A DNA stretch of 64,000 bases from the IMG/VR virus record IMGVR_UViG_2843675664_000001, positions 5,636 through 69,635 of that record; one strand, written 5' to 3'. The DNA is from a virus (taxonomy: Duplodnaviria; Caudoviricetes). A program made the translations under genes and the position numbers. This document shows positions 20,318 to 31,162 of the stretch, one piece after another; the stretch's first letter is position 1; each line of letters opens with the position of its first letter. The notes under the pieces are model-generated. The model worked only from the letters and a program-made list of their open reading frames with translations, did not search any database and had not been told where the DNA came from.

Positions 20318-21266
20318 GGCTGACCCGACACAGTCAGGAAATCCTGTCAGAAAGATGTACCGCGATATTGAAAACCGGTATCACGGACTGAAAAAAGCAC
20401 TCCGCCAACTGTTCGATCTGTCATTCACCGGCAGAGATCGAAATCAGAACTCACTCTACAGCTACATCCTCGCTAAAAACGCACAGAACGAACCGGATTC
20501 GCTTATCAGGGTTAACGCCGGTGTTTATTCGTATGACCTCGCTGAGCGCCCTGACGAGTACGCACGGTTCCTTGAACGGCTGCAATCTATTCTGGATGAA
20601 TATCTGCTCGACGGCGGGAGTGAAAATCTGTGGGCGTTCAGCCATATTGCGGCGGAGTATGACCGCGGAACCCTGAATGCGTATACCAACCTGTCGTTAC
20701 AGTCAGAGGTGTACGCATCACAGACCACGCTCACCTACCTGATGTCGCAGCCTGCATATCAGAATCAGATAGCCGCCGCGTTTATCTCAACGTTCAGCGA
20801 CTGGAAAGGTATTTCTGATGCCGCGCGCGCCGACCTGTCGAACATCATCGGAACATCGATAGCCAGGGGTGTCAACCCGAGAGAAACAGCCAGAATCGTG
20901 AGTCAGCGGCTGGATGTCTCAATGAGCAACGCAAAGCGCATAGCTCAGACGGAACAGGTAGGCGCGTTACGCCGTGCAAACTGGAACGAAACCACATGGG
21001 CGAGTGAGCGGCTCGGGCTGCGCACCGGTCTTCTGTGGTTATCTGCACTGAAACCAACCACACGCAGCTGGCATGCAGCACGACACGGCAAGGTGTTTAC
21101 TGTCGAAGAAGTCGAAGCATTTTATGCCGACGGCGGCAACCGCTTTAACTGCTACTGCGCGACACAGCCGGTATTACTGAATGACGACGGGACGATTTAC
21201 AACAAGGGTATTGCTGACCGGCTGACGGAAGAGCGGAAATCCTGGTCAGCAGACGAAGATTCATAA
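20271..21266 (+). CDS. Head morphogenesis protein (SPP1 gp7/Mu F)
   Basis: RIAQTE, HAARHG, NCYC. Confidence 0.85.
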   Translation: MIKNQRIGSPIIPRNKADPTQSGNPVRKMYRDIENRYHGLKKALRQLFDLSFTGRDRNQNSLYSYILAKNAQNEPDSLIRVNAGVYSYDLAERPDEYARFLERLQSILDEYLLDGGSENLWAFSHIAAEYDRGTLNAYTNLSLQSEVYASQTTLTYLMSQPAYQNQIAAAFISTFSDWKGISDAARADLSNIIGTSIARGVNPRETARIVSQRLDVSMSNAKRIAQTEQVGALRRANWNETTWASERLGLRTGLLWLSALKPTTRSWHAARHGKVFTVEEVEAFYADGGNRFNCYCATQPVLLNDDGTIYNKGIADRLTEERKSWSADEDS

Positions 21267-21282
21267 CCAAAGAGGCCACCAC

Positions 21283-22686
21283 ATGAAGTTTTCGGGTATT
21301 CATGTTAAATCGCTGGCTATCAACTCCTCCAATATCTCAACTGAAACCATCGACGGTGACGAGCATATCGTCATTCGCGGCGTTGTGCCGGTTGTTGATG
21401 ACGTTGTGATGAACGGGGGGCTATATCCGGCCAGCGAAATTAACAAAAGCTTTCAGTCGATGGAGGGGAAACAGTGCCCGTATGGACACCCAAAAATCGG
21501 CACAGATTACGTATCGGCTGACTCGCCGAGAGCAGTAAACCAGTTTCACATCGGCGCATGGGCTGAAAATGTCCGCAAAGATGGTGAAAGAGTTGTCATG
21601 GACGTGAAGGTTAACCGCCGTTTCGCTGATGCCACAGAGAAAGGGAAAGAATTTCTTGCCCGCGTTGATGACATCATTGCCGGTAACAGCACGGACCCGA
21701 TCCACGTATCAACCGGATTGCTGCTGCAGCGCGAGCAGAACAAAGGCAAGTCGAAGGGTAAGCCGTATACATGGGTCGCCCGGAACATGCACTTTGACCA
21801 TATCGCCATTCTTCCGGCGAGCGAGCCAGGCGCGGCCACTCCTGATGATGGTGTCGGGATGTTCGTTAATGCTGACGGGCAGAAATGTGATATCGAAAAT
21901 GCCAGCCTGGTTGATGCGGCGAACTGCACGAAGGCGGATATTTTCAGTCAGGTGAAATTCTTCTTCACCAACGGCTCAAATTTCTCTTTCGAGGATATCC
22001 ACAAAGCACTGCGAGATGCCCTGAGAGAGCAATCATCAGGTGACGACTGGCCTTATCCGGAAACAGTCTGGCCTGACAAATTTATCTACTACAAATCCGG
22101 TAAAACCTACCAGCAAAAATACCTCATTGACGACAACGGCGAAGCTGATCTTGTCGGTGAGCCCATTGAAGTTGTGCGCAAGCCAACAGAGTACGAAGTA
22201 AAAACCAATAAGGAAAACGACCCGATGAAACAACTCATCACAAACGCACTGAAGGCAAAAGGCATCGACACAGACGGTAAATCCGATGCTGAGCTGATGG
22301 ATGCGTACAACCAGATGATCGCCAATGAATCAAAAGGCGAAGAAACGCCGGAAGAGAAAGCGGCGCGTGAGAAAGCGGAGAAAGAGGCCAAAGACAAAGC
22401 CACTAACACAGATGACGTCACCGCAGCAGTGAATGCAGCACTCAAGCCGCTCACTGATGAAATCAGCGCACTTAAAAGCCAGTTAAACGCAAACGCTGAC
22501 AAAGAAAAATCAGCTATGCGTGAGGCAGTAAAAGCCAAATTCACCATGTCAGATGCAGCTGTGAATGCGCTGGACGGTGATCCTCTGAAAGAACTGTACG
22601 CACAGTGTGCATCGGTTCAGGGGCTGAATGGCTCGTTCCATTCTCAGCATAACTCCTCCACCTCAGTATCAGAAATGCCGGAGTAA
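21283..22686 (+). CDS. Prohead protease/scaffold (DUF2213-like)
   Basis: GHP, VSTG, FDHIAIL; acidic C-terminal scaffold. Confidence 0.8.
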   Translation: MKFSGIHVKSLAINSSNISTETIDGDEHIVIRGVVPVVDDVVMNGGLYPASEINKSFQSMEGKQCPYGHPKIGTDYVSADSPRAVNQFHIGAWAENVRKDGERVVMDVKVNRRFADATEKGKEFLARVDDIIAGNSTDPIHVSTGLLLQREQNKGKSKGKPYTWVARNMHFDHIAILPASEPGAATPDDGVGMFVNADGQKCDIENASLVDAANCTKADIFSQVKFFFTNGSNFSFEDIHKALRDALREQSSGDDWPYPETVWPDKFIYYKSGKTYQQKYLIDDNGEADLVGEPIEVVRKPTEYEVKTNKENDPMKQLITNALKAKGIDTDGKSDAELMDAYNQMIANESKGEETPEEKAAREKAEKEAKDKATNTDDVTAAVNAALKPLTDEISALKSQLNANADKEKSAMREAVKAKFTMSDAAVNALDGDPLKELYAQCASVQGLNGSFHSQHNSSTSVSEMPE

Positions 22687-22692
22687 AACGAA

Positions 22693-23130
22693 ATGGTGAA
22701 CAAAACAAAACGTGTGATTCATGCTGGCGGTATCTTTCCTAACCCGCTGTTAAATCGTGAAGGCGAGGTATTAGCAGACATTAAGCCCGGCACGGTAGGC
22801 TTTTTCGATGGTGGTAAGTTTAAAGCCTCAGTAGATGGTAAAGAGTCGGCGATCCTGTACGTGGCAAACATGGATTATCTGCGCTGCAAAGGTGTAGATG
22901 ACGACCTGAAGGCCGGTGATTTGGTGGTGGCAATCCAGCCATTACAGGGATTATTCCTGAACGTCCGCGCTGCTGCCGGTACGTACAAAAAAGGCCAGCC
23001 GGTGATTGTTGCCAACGGTCAGATCACAGCGGCCACCGCTGCGGAAGGTGAAGTCGTATTCGCCTATGTCGAAGAAGATTCAGCACTGACCGCTAAGGCG
23101 GGTGAGCTGGTTCGCGTTGTGTTCAAGTAA
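22693..23130 (+). CDS. Capsid decoration protein
   Basis: Size and position between scaffold and capsid. Confidence 0.65.
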   Translation: MVNKTKRVIHAGGIFPNPLLNREGEVLADIKPGTVGFFDGGKFKASVDGKESAILYVANMDYLRCKGVDDDLKAGDLVVAIQPLQGLFLNVRAAAGTYKKGQPVIVANGQITAATAAEGEVVFAYVEEDSALTAKAGELVRVVFK

Positions 23131-23140
23131 GGAGAACCGA

Positions 23141-24217
23141 ATGTTTTATTTTTCAACCAAAAAAGCGACCGAAACCGGCAACCTCGAAGCAAACACGGCG
23201 CAGTTTGGCGAATTACAGATTGCCCGCGATGCATCCGCACAGGCTGTTGCTGAGTTCATTATACGCGCCAATTCACGCGGTAACGGCGCAATCAAAGTTG
23301 ATGCCGCTAACGCAGTTGATGACATCCGCCGCCTGTACAAAGCATACGACCAGACCGTCCTGTCTGAGTTTCAGCCAACCACTGAGTTTACTCTGCTGAA
23401 TGACCTGATGGGGCTTTCCCGCTCCGTGCGCCTGGAAGAATCCGTGTATGAATACGCCCGCAAAGGCAGTGGTGGTGTGGCTCATACATCAATGTCCGGC
23501 CAGATTGGTGCGCTGCTGGATGCTGGCGCGTTCACCTTCGACGGTACTATGGTGCCGATTCACGATACTGGCTTTAAGTTCGGCTTCCGTGACCCGATCT
23601 TCGCGAAAGGCTCCGCGCTGGCCTCTTTGTCCGATGCACAGTCTGATTCTGTTGATACCGTGCGCCGCAAGCTCATTGATTTCTTCTGGAACGGCTTCCG
23701 TGATGTGGCGGGAAACTTCATTAAGTTCGACGGTAAATCATGGAAAGGTCTCCGTGCAGATGAGCGCGTTGCTCAGGTAACTCTGACGACTAACTTCGCC
23801 ACCGAGCAGGACGGAAAGGTAATTCGTACTGAAATCATCAAGCTGCGCGATGTGCTGAAGCTGAAAAACCTGCAATACGGCGAGCAGACCTGGTACGTGT
23901 CAGGTGAAATCCTGTCCAACTGGGAAAGCGTGTATTTCGATGTTAACCAGACCCGCACAATCCTGGACGAAGTGAAGAAAATCACCGGCATCAAAGACAT
24001 CAAAGAAGATTACGAGCTGAAAGGCAATGAAATGCTGATCGTTCCGCTGGGTGCTGGTGTTATCGCTCCGATTGTCGGTCAGGCGTTCGGTACTGTTGCT
24101 GACCCACGCCAGTTCTATAACTCAGATTACGTCTGGCGCACATGGGGCGCTGCCGGTCTGATGGTTAAGCAGGACATCAGCGGCCACTTCTCAGTCATCC
24201 ACGCGAAAGGCGTATAA
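23141..24217 (+). CDS. Major capsid protein
   Basis: ~358 aa; strong RBS; position. Confidence 0.85.
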   Translation: MFYFSTKKATETGNLEANTAQFGELQIARDASAQAVAEFIIRANSRGNGAIKVDAANAVDDIRRLYKAYDQTVLSEFQPTTEFTLLNDLMGLSRSVRLEESVYEYARKGSGGVAHTSMSGQIGALLDAGAFTFDGTMVPIHDTGFKFGFRDPIFAKGSALASLSDAQSDSVDTVRRKLIDFFWNGFRDVAGNFIKFDGKSWKGLRADERVAQVTLTTNFATEQDGKVIRTEIIKLRDVLKLKNLQYGEQTWYVSGEILSNWESVYFDVNQTRTILDEVKKITGIKDIKEDYELKGNEMLIVPLGAGVIAPIVGQAFGTVADPRQFYNSDYVWRTWGAAGLMVKQDISGHFSVIHAKGV

Positions 24218-24226
24218 GGGGGATTT

Positions 24227-24631
24227 ATGGCACTGGTAAAAATCTTAGCAGGAAACATTTTTGCCGGTGCCGACTTTCAGAAACTGGAGGTCGGCGCTGT
24301 CTATGATGTTAATGATGATCTGGCAAAAAGCTGGATTGCCAGCGGTAAGGCTGAGCACACAAATGAAAAAAGTGGGGAATTGATTTTTGAAGTTTCCACA
24401 CCGGCTAAGCATGAAGGCGATGACCAATTCACGGCAGAGTTGGCGACAGCAAAACTCCTGATCGCAGAACTGGAAGAGAAAAACGCTCAATTGCCGGTTA
24501 TCTCTGGCGAACTGGCTGAAGCTAATGAAAAGGTATCGGCACTCACCACAGAACTGGAAGAGAAAAACGCCCAGATTGACGCGGTCACTGCAGAACTGAA
24601 TGCGCTGAAAAGCGGCAAAAAGGCGAAATAA
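24227..24631 (+). CDS. Head-associated hypothetical protein with coiled-coil repeat
   Basis: ELEEKNAQ repeated twice. Confidence 0.65.
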   Translation: MALVKILAGNIFAGADFQKLEVGAVYDVNDDLAKSWIASGKAEHTNEKSGELIFEVSTPAKHEGDDQFTAELATAKLLIAELEEKNAQLPVISGELAEANEKVSALTTELEEKNAQIDAVTAELNALKSGKKAK

Positions 24632-25002
24632 TGCAGATAACTCTTGATGACGTAAAGCCGATGATTGCAGAACTCGGGTTTACATTGCCTGATTCTGTGC
24701 TGTCGCTGTTACTGAGTCAGGTTAATGCAAAGTCCGGATGTCTCGAAGCCAACTACGACGAAACCACGCAGAAACTGCTGCTGATCTACACCGTTGTGCG
24801 GCTGGCTTCACTGTCTGGTGCACGAAAGATATCATCACAGAGCGCTCCTAACGGGGCGTCTCGTTCTTTCGCGTACGATTCTGCCGGCACTGATTATCTG
24901 CTGAACCAGATCCGCGCATGGGACAGCTCCGGGTGCCTTTCTGATTTGCCGCTGTCGAGCAAAACGGTCGGATTCTTTGGTGTGGTCGGGGGGTATCAAT
25001 GA
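24631..25002 (+). CDS. Head-tail adaptor
   Basis: ISSQSAPNGASRSF motif; position. Confidence 0.7.
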   Translation: MQITLDDVKPMIAELGFTLPDSVLSLLLSQVNAKSGCLEANYDETTQKLLLIYTVVRLASLSGARKISSQSAPNGASRSFAYDSAGTDYLLNQIRAWDSSGCLSDLPLSSKTVGFFGVVGGYQ

Positions 25003-25340
25003 GTTCATTGGCAAACTGGGCTTATACCTCATGGGCTACGCTGTGGCGGCTTACTGGGAAAGACAAGTACGGTAAGCCCGAATTTTCGGAGCCGGTTCAT
25101 TTCCTGTGTGGCTATGGTAGTGAGCTTAAGGGCGGAAAGATTGATATCGGCTCTGAAATCACAATCAAACTGGTGTTCTGGACTGAGTACGCTGATGCGA
25201 AGAAAGGTGATTTTATCTCTATCGGAAAGCACTCAGGCGATCTGGTTTCTGCCGGTGCTGACGAAATCAAATTCATCAAACGTGATGAGGATTTATTCGA
25301 GCACATAGCGGACGACTATACCCTGATAACGGCGGTGTGA
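24999..25340 (+). CDS. Head closure protein
   Basis: Position; DKYGKP motif. Confidence 0.65.
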   Translation: MSSLANWAYTSWATLWRLTGKDKYGKPEFSEPVHFLCGYGSELKGGKIDIGSEITIKLVFWTEYADAKKGDFISIGKHSGDLVSAGADEIKFIKRDEDLFEHIADDYTLITAV

Positions 25341-25341
25341 T

Positions 25342-25710
25342 ATGGCGGCAAAAATCAGAGGTATCGCAGAGGTCAGCGCCAATATCAATGCGCTGGTTGG
25401 CAATATCACAGGGCGCAAGGTTATACGCGCAATACAGGCGGCAATGCTGATTGGTGGTGCTCAGACCACGCTGTTCACGCCTATCGACACATCAACGCTT
25501 ATCAACTCTCAGTTTCGTGAAATCACAGTGAACGGCACCCGCGTTACCGGTCGTGTCGGGTACTCTGCGAACTATGCGGTATTTGTTCATGATCCGAAAG
25601 TTAAGCAGACATTCCGGCGCGCCACTGCACGAAAAGAGTTCCTTACGCTGGGATTTGAAGAGAGTCGCGATGAGATTGAAGCGGCCATGCATCAGGAGAT
25701 GCGCATATGA
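25342..25710 (+). CDS. Neck/tail completion protein (HK97 gp10-like)
   Basis: TPIDTSTLINS, YAVFVH. Confidence 0.75.
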   Translation: MAAKIRGIAEVSANINALVGNITGRKVIRAIQAAMLIGGAQTTLFTPIDTSTLINSQFREITVNGTRVTGRVGYSANYAVFVHDPKVKQTFRRATARKEFLTLGFEESRDEIEAAMHQEMRI

Positions 25711-26075
25711 TACACGAAGCGTTTGAGCGTTATCTGAACCGCGTCGGCCTGCTGGATGATTTCACTGTTCAGTACCTGACATGGACGGAAGAGCCGGAGT
25801 CACGCACACAGCAATATGCTGTTATTCAGCCTGACGGCGGCAGCGGAAGATTTGCCGACCTTGGCGCAGATGACAATGTGATGCTGATTCTGGTGTCCGC
25901 ACAGAATGACCCGGAGCCGGTATTAACCAGGGCAAAAGATATCCTCAGATTCGTGGCGGAATTTCCGGAAGATTGTGAACTCAACTCAGTTTACAACCTT
26001 GGCGGCATGCCTAAGCCGGTACCGACAGAAGAAGGCCGGTTCATCATGCAATTGGCTTTCCGCTGTACATCCTGA
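25707..26075 (+). CDS. Tail terminator
   Basis: Position before tail tube; TEEGR motif. Confidence 0.65.
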   Translation: MIHEAFERYLNRVGLLDDFTVQYLTWTEEPESRTQQYAVIQPDGGSGRFADLGADDNVMLILVSAQNDPEPVLTRAKDILRFVAEFPEDCELNSVYNLGGMPKPVPTEEGRFIMQLAFRCTS

Positions 26076-26139
26076 ACAAACACACTTCAAACAGGTCGCT
26101 TATGCGGCCTTTTTTATTTGCAAATAAAGAGGTTACAAC

Positions 26140-26895
26140 ATGGCACAATGCCCTGATGATAAAGGCCTGGTGATGGGTAATGCGGGAATTCTCCGTATCG
26201 CGCCCGGTTGCCCAGGCACGGTTCCTGAACAGTCAGCGTTTCTGCGTCTCGGCGCACTGACCAGTAAAGGGCTGGATTATGGTACTGAAACGGTTACTTC
26301 CAAAGCAGACGACACAAAAGGGTTGACTGAGGCTATCGTGACCGGTCTGGATTTAACCATTAAGTTTGATGGGGAGCTGAAGCGCAAAGGTGCCGATGGT
26401 TCCACGTCTGCTTTTGATATCGCCAAAGAAATCCTTGCTGAGGTCAAGGCCAGCCGTCAGCCGTCATACTGGGTGCAGCTCGATATGAAAGGCGACGGTA
26501 GTGATGTGATTCAGGGGTACATGAACTTCACATCATGGTCTATGGAGTTCCCTACCAAAGAGATCGCCACGTATTCCGGTGAGCTGAAAGTCGCAGACGC
26601 TGACAGCTTTGAGTGGTTACAGGAAGAGGTCGTGGTGCAGAGCATTACCGCTAACTCAGCAACACTGACAGTGAAAGCCGGTGAAACGGCAACATTCACG
26701 GTTGGATTTAATCCGGTTGACGCGACAAACAAAAATTACGAGGTGGTCAGCGATAAGCCTAATTTTGCTACCGTCAGTAAATTGCTGAATGTTGTCACTG
26801 TCACCGGTGTAGCAGCCGGTACCGCGAATATTACAGTCACATCTGAAGATGGCAGCAAGACGGCGAAATGTGTCGTTACAGTCACTGCGGCCTAA
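26140..26895 (+). CDS. Major tail tube protein with C-terminal Ig-like domain
   Basis: Big_2-type VTGVAAGTANITVTSEDG. Confidence 0.85.
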   Translation: MAQCPDDKGLVMGNAGILRIAPGCPGTVPEQSAFLRLGALTSKGLDYGTETVTSKADDTKGLTEAIVTGLDLTIKFDGELKRKGADGSTSAFDIAKEILAEVKASRQPSYWVQLDMKGDGSDVIQGYMNFTSWSMEFPTKEIATYSGELKVADADSFEWLQEEVVVQSITANSATLTVKAGETATFTVGFNPVDATNKNYEVVSDKPNFATVSKLLNVVTVTGVAAGTANITVTSEDGSKTAKCVVTVTAA

Positions 26896-26945
26896 ATATT
26901 ACAAAGGGTATCTCCGGGTGCCCTTGATAATGTTCAGGAGGATAT

Positions 26946-27638
26946 ATGACACCGTGTTTAGAATACGGCGAGATGGTGATATCCACTGCCGAAAATGATT
27001 ACCTGTTCCGCCCGTCACTGGATGCTATGACGCGAATCGGAGCACCGAAAGAGATTGTAAGCGCATTTACGCGATTAAATGGCGCAGAGGTACAGCAAAT
27101 TATTGCGTCTGCTGTGGACGCTTACGGAGTGGTTCCTGAATGGCTGATAACGCTGTTAAATAAGCCGGTGTACGGCCGCAGTATTTTATCGACCGCAATG
27201 GACGTGATGCAGGCATGTTGTGACGATGACTGTTCTGAGGTTATCGGCGAGTGGCGACCAGGCAAATCAGGCATGGTCTACCGGCAGGGAGCCATGCATT
27301 ACCGCGATATCATCCTGCTGGCGCGTGAGCTAATGACCCACGGTATTATCGGTAAAGCTAAGGTGCGCAAACTCCAGCGCAACGAAGGCAAAGACGAATA
27401 CTCAGACGAGTTCCGCGCTGTCGATTACATCAGTGCGGCCCGCGTGCATTTCAACATCACCCGCAGTGAAGCGGAGCAACTCACAATGACAGAGTTCGTG
27501 ATGATGCTGAAAGCGAAATATCCGGATGAAAAAGGCTTCACGAGAGATGAGTATGAGGCCATCACCAAGGCCGACGATGCCCGTAACGATGACCTGATTA
27601 AGGGCAAGCGCCGGTTGGTGAGCAGGAAGAGCAGTTAA
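26946..27638 (+). CDS. Tail assembly chaperone-like protein
   Basis: Follows tail tube; EAEQLTMTEF motif. Confidence 0.65.
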   Translation: MTPCLEYGEMVISTAENDYLFRPSLDAMTRIGAPKEIVSAFTRLNGAEVQQIIASAVDAYGVVPEWLITLLNKPVYGRSILSTAMDVMQACCDDDCSEVIGEWRPGKSGMVYRQGAMHYRDIILLARELMTHGIIGKAKVRKLQRNEGKDEYSDEFRAVDYISAARVHFNITRSEAEQLTMTEFVMMLKAKYPDEKGFTRDEYEAITKADDARNDDLIKGKRRLVSRKSS

Positions 27639-27654
27639 GGTAGCATTATAAAAA

Positions 27655-28401
27655 TCAAGATATTTCACCAACTATGACAAAGGCTGGAACTGTAATATTG
27701 GTGTAATCGGGTTTAGTAAAAGTGTATTGTCTATCGATGGCTATACATCCTTTCATGGTTATATCTGCACCAGAAGCAAATAATATTTCTTTCTCATGTC
27801 CCTTCTCGGTGCCTTTCGTTTTATAGACATATGCTTTTGTTTTTGGCTTTGTTACTTTCAGCACAACAAGCTCTAATTTTTTTGAATTAATTGGTTTTCC
27901 GCAGAATTCCGCCTCTCTCAAGGCAACCTGTGGGCATAGTGATGTTGATAATGGACGCGTTGTTTTAAGCTGCCCATTAACGCGTGGTAAAACCCCTCCG
28001 TGGAACACGTATTGACCATCTGGTAGCAGAACTCCAACATCTTTAATTATTGAAGATACCTCTTCGTATGCAAGGCCTGGGTCATATGCCTCTTGGTAAT
28101 CAGACAATGCGCTTGGTGTGGTCGATGGCATTTTTGATAATAAATTTGAAAAATTCACATCGTTATCCAAATAATTATCAATATGATCTTCTATGTTAGT
28201 TACTGCCTTGGTTAACTGATAAATAGCAGCCTCGTGATGGTTTTTAATAGTAGTTATTAATTTTACTTTAACGTCTGGCGCAAAAATATTGCCGTGAATT
28301 TTAGCGTGAGAAGAGATCTCATCTGAGGTTGGCTCTCTCGTTTGCCATACTTCATAAGGCGGATTGAATGGGTTAACTATCTCTAATTTTCCATTAGTCA
28401 T
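27655..28401 (-). CDS. Moron, putative ADP-ribosyltransferase-fold protein
   Basis: VFHGG...LSTSL...HEKEIL in ART motif order; AT-rich. Confidence 0.5.
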   Translation of the reverse strand: MTNGKLEIVNPFNPPYEVWQTREPTSDEISSHAKIHGNIFAPDVKVKLITTIKNHHEAAIYQLTKAVTNIEDHIDNYLDNDVNFSNLLSKMPSTTPSALSDYQEAYDPGLAYEEVSSIIKDVGVLLPDGQYVFHGGVLPRVNGQLKTTRPLSTSLCPQVALREAEFCGKPINSKKLELVVLKVTKPKTKAYVYKTKGTEKGHEKEILFASGADITMKGCIAIDRQYTFTKPDYTNITVPAFVIVGEIS

Positions 28402-28439
28402 TTTATGCTCACATCATTAAGTTAACCGGTGTCCGGTGG

Positions 28440-29294
28440 TTATTTGTTTTTAAGTAGCTGCTCAAGCATGGATTCGATCTTATCAAGGCGTGAGGCTAAC
28501 TCTTGATTGCTGATTTTTGTGTCTTTTTCATGGAAATCAATCGGGTGTTCGCTATGAAATAGTTCAGGTTGAACATTGACCAACCAATCAGGCATGGGGT
28601 CACTGATTGTTTTCATCCAATTTGGAGGGTTCCCGAATCCTGCGCGAAGTGACAAATTCAACCTTGATTCTATGGCCACCCCAATAATAAAGCAGTTATG
28701 ATTAATTGGTATCATGGGGTATTTGCTATTTAGCGATAGTAGGTATTCATTCCCTTGGTCTATGACGTATTGCTTAAATGTTATCGAACTATAGTCAGGC
28801 AATCGGCATAAAACGAAATCGCCGTGAGTTGCTTCTATTGTTGGGTCAAAAATTACAATGCTGCCAGTAGTAAAACTCATTCCAACTTCAGTTTGCATAG
28901 ATTCGCTTTCTATAACAACAGCAAATGCATCAGATGAAGCCTCTCGTGATGATGGGATGTAATCATATCCGACCAAATTTTCTTCATCATCGCCAATAAA
29001 AAGCTGGGCAGCCTGGGCGTAAGTGATCACAGGTATTAATGGCAAGGTTGCGGTTTCACGGATATGACCAATGTTTGGTGGCTCACCAACTCCAGACGAT
29101 AGCCACTCTACAGTCGTCCCCAAAGCAGCGGCAAGATTGTTTAAGGCATTTACGCGAGGTTTGGCCTCTCCTCCTTCGTAAGCCGCTATTTGCCTAGGAA
29201 CTACTCCTACTTTTTTTGCTAATTCGGCCTGAGTCAAACCAATGGCATTTCTCGCCATAGATACACGTCTTGGGAATGATTCGTCAAAATTCAT
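28440..29294 (-). CDS. XRE/S24 repressor (secondary immunity)
   Basis: HTH LTQAELAKKVG; ESM and TFKQ S24 motifs. Confidence 0.85.
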   Translation of the reverse strand: MNFDESFPRRVSMARNAIGLTQAELAKKVGVVPRQIAAYEGGEAKPRVNALNNLAAALGTTVEWLSSGVGEPPNIGHIRETATLPLIPVITYAQAAQLFIGDDEENLVGYDYIPSSREASSDAFAVVIESESMQTEVGMSFTTGSIVIFDPTIEATHGDFVLCRLPDYSSITFKQYVIDQGNEYLLSLNSKYPMIPINHNCFIIGVAIESRLNLSLRAGFGNPPNWMKTISDPMPDWLVNVQPELFHSEHPIDFHEKDTKISNQELASRLDKIESMLEQLLKNK

Positions 29295-29369
29295 ATTTGA
29301 ACCTTAAAAAACTCATTGACTCAATGTGGTTGTTTGGTATTATGAAAACACATTATTGAGCCGTGTAAA

Positions 29370-29570
29370 ATGCAAAAGTACATAATGGAGAGAATGATGA
29401 AGCAAAATGATGTTAAGAGCAAGCAGATTAGTTATCGTTTACGGCCTGAGGTTGCGGAATTTCTTGCAAATTACGCATCTAAAACGCATCGGTCTATTCA
29501 GGGGATGCTGGACACAATTATGGACAGAGTGATCGACAAGGAAAAGAAAGGTGAAAGTATTATTCAGTAA
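29370..29570 (+). CDS. Arc-like ribbon-helix-helix repressor
   Basis: ISYRLRPEV...HRSIQG; divergent from repressor. Confidence 0.7.
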   Translation: MQKYIMERMMKQNDVKSKQISYRLRPEVAEFLANYASKTHRSIQGMLDTIMDRVIDKEKKGESIIQ

Positions 29571-29635
29571 AAGGCCCCGGTTGCGCGAACAACTGAGGCC
29601 AGTTGCCAAATACCCTTACGACAGGAATAAATGAC

Positions 29636-30367
29636 ATGAACAGTGTAGCGAAAACAGACTTAACTTTCCAGAGCTTCACGTTTAACCCAGTTACTGAAAA
29701 TGGTCAGGTGTGGCTGACTTCGACTGAAATAGCGAAAGTGCTTGGTTACAGCAGAACGGATGCTGTCAGCAAGATTTACTCACGCAATCAGGACGAATTT
29801 TCAAGCACCATGTCAATGACCGTCAATATGACGTTCAACGGTATTAACAACAGCTTACGTAACAAAGCGGTCAGGGTTTACTCACTGCGCGGAGCTCACC
29901 TGATAGCGATGTTCGCATCAACGCCGGTCGCTAAACAATTCCGTAAGTGGGTACTGGATATTCTGGATCGTGAAATTGAACTCGGTAATCATGCGCCAGC
30001 GTTTCACTATCACTACCCGATTGAATCTGCTGATGTGCATGACCGTAAATTCCAGAATTCCTGGTTAACAGCGCGCCGGTTGCTCGATGAAAGAAACCCA
30101 GCGCCAGATCTGGCGTTACTCGACCAGTTAGAAGCTGATGGTTTTGATGTAACAGGTGCAAAGGCTCGTATTTATGCACTGTACAGCGTAGCTGAAACCA
30201 CCGTCAGCATGGAGGATGTTTTTGCAGAGTCAGGGAAAATGCTGCAAAGACTCAAAGATAATTTTAAATGGGGAGCCAAAACAGGGGGATTGAACGTAAC
30301 TTTTGAAGGAAACGAAAAAGGATTGGTATATGGCGGATTTAAAAAGAGGCATATCGGATGCCACTAA
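29636..30367 (+). CDS. Antirepressor, BRO-N domain
   Basis: VWLTSTEIAKVLGY...YSLRGAHLIAMFASTPVAKQFRKWVLD. Confidence 0.85.
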   Translation: MNSVAKTDLTFQSFTFNPVTENGQVWLTSTEIAKVLGYSRTDAVSKIYSRNQDEFSSTMSMTVNMTFNGINNSLRNKAVRVYSLRGAHLIAMFASTPVAKQFRKWVLDILDREIELGNHAPAFHYHYPIESADVHDRKFQNSWLTARRLLDERNPAPDLALLDQLEADGFDVTGAKARIYALYSVAETTVSMEDVFAESGKMLQRLKDNFKWGAKTGGLNVTFEGNEKGLVYGGFKKRHIGCH

Positions 30368-30433
30368 AAACAGAAAAGCCAACAGGTGCGAACTGTTGGC
30401 AATTCCCAAACTTAACCATGATGGAGAAGTTGT

Positions 30434-31162
30434 ATGAACGAGTTGACTTTATCAAATAGCGTTGGCGCTGTCACGAACAAAGTAATCGATACGCAAAAGT
30501 TGCTTTCCATGATTAACATGGCTCGCAAGTCGTGCGGTGAAAATCAAATCCGCAATAACGTATTGATTGAGCGGGTAAAAGACGAATTAGATGGCGAGCA
30601 CTACAAAATTTTTGTAGTTCAAAAACCGAACAATACATCGTCTGAAATTATCGAAATGGAGATTAAGCAGGCATTGCGTGTCGCCGCCCGTGAATCAAAA
30701 GCTGTTCGCCGTGTGTTGGTCGATAAGCTGGAGTCAATGCATATTGCGGCGCAGAAAGGCGGAAAGAGCCAGTCCGGGCTTCCGGAATATCGTCAGGCGC
30801 GGACACTGAAAATGTCAGTGGATGCGATCGGCAACCTGTTTGACATGATGCCAAATCTCAGCCCGGAAGCAAAACAGTGTGCGGCGGCGAATATCGTTAA
30901 TCCAATCGTCGGCTTTGAGGCAGTCCCTCTGCCGGTTCTTGAGCAGAAATATTATACCGCCGGTGAAGTTGGTGAGATGCTGGAAGTGTCAGCGAATAAG
31001 ATAGGCCGGATCGCCAACAAGCATGAACTGAAAACTGATGAGTTCGGCAAATACTTCCTCGACAAATCGGCACACTCTGCAAAACAGGTTGAAGCGTTCC
31101 GCTATAACGATGAAGGCATTAAGGCGCTTCGCCATATCATTCACGATAAGCAGGTAGCTTAA
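30434..31162 (+). CDS. Antirepressor/Rha-like phage regulator
   Basis: QALRVAARESKAVRR; YYTAGEVG...SANKIGR C-terminus. Confidence 0.75.
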   Translation: MNELTLSNSVGAVTNKVIDTQKLLSMINMARKSCGENQIRNNVLIERVKDELDGEHYKIFVVQKPNNTSSEIIEMEIKQALRVAARESKAVRRVLVDKLESMHIAAQKGGKSQSGLPEYRQARTLKMSVDAIGNLFDMMPNLSPEAKQCAAANIVNPIVGFEAVPLPVLEQKYYTAGEVGEMLEVSANKIGRIANKHELKTDEFGKYFLDKSAHSAKQVEAFRYNDEGIKALRHIIHDKQVA

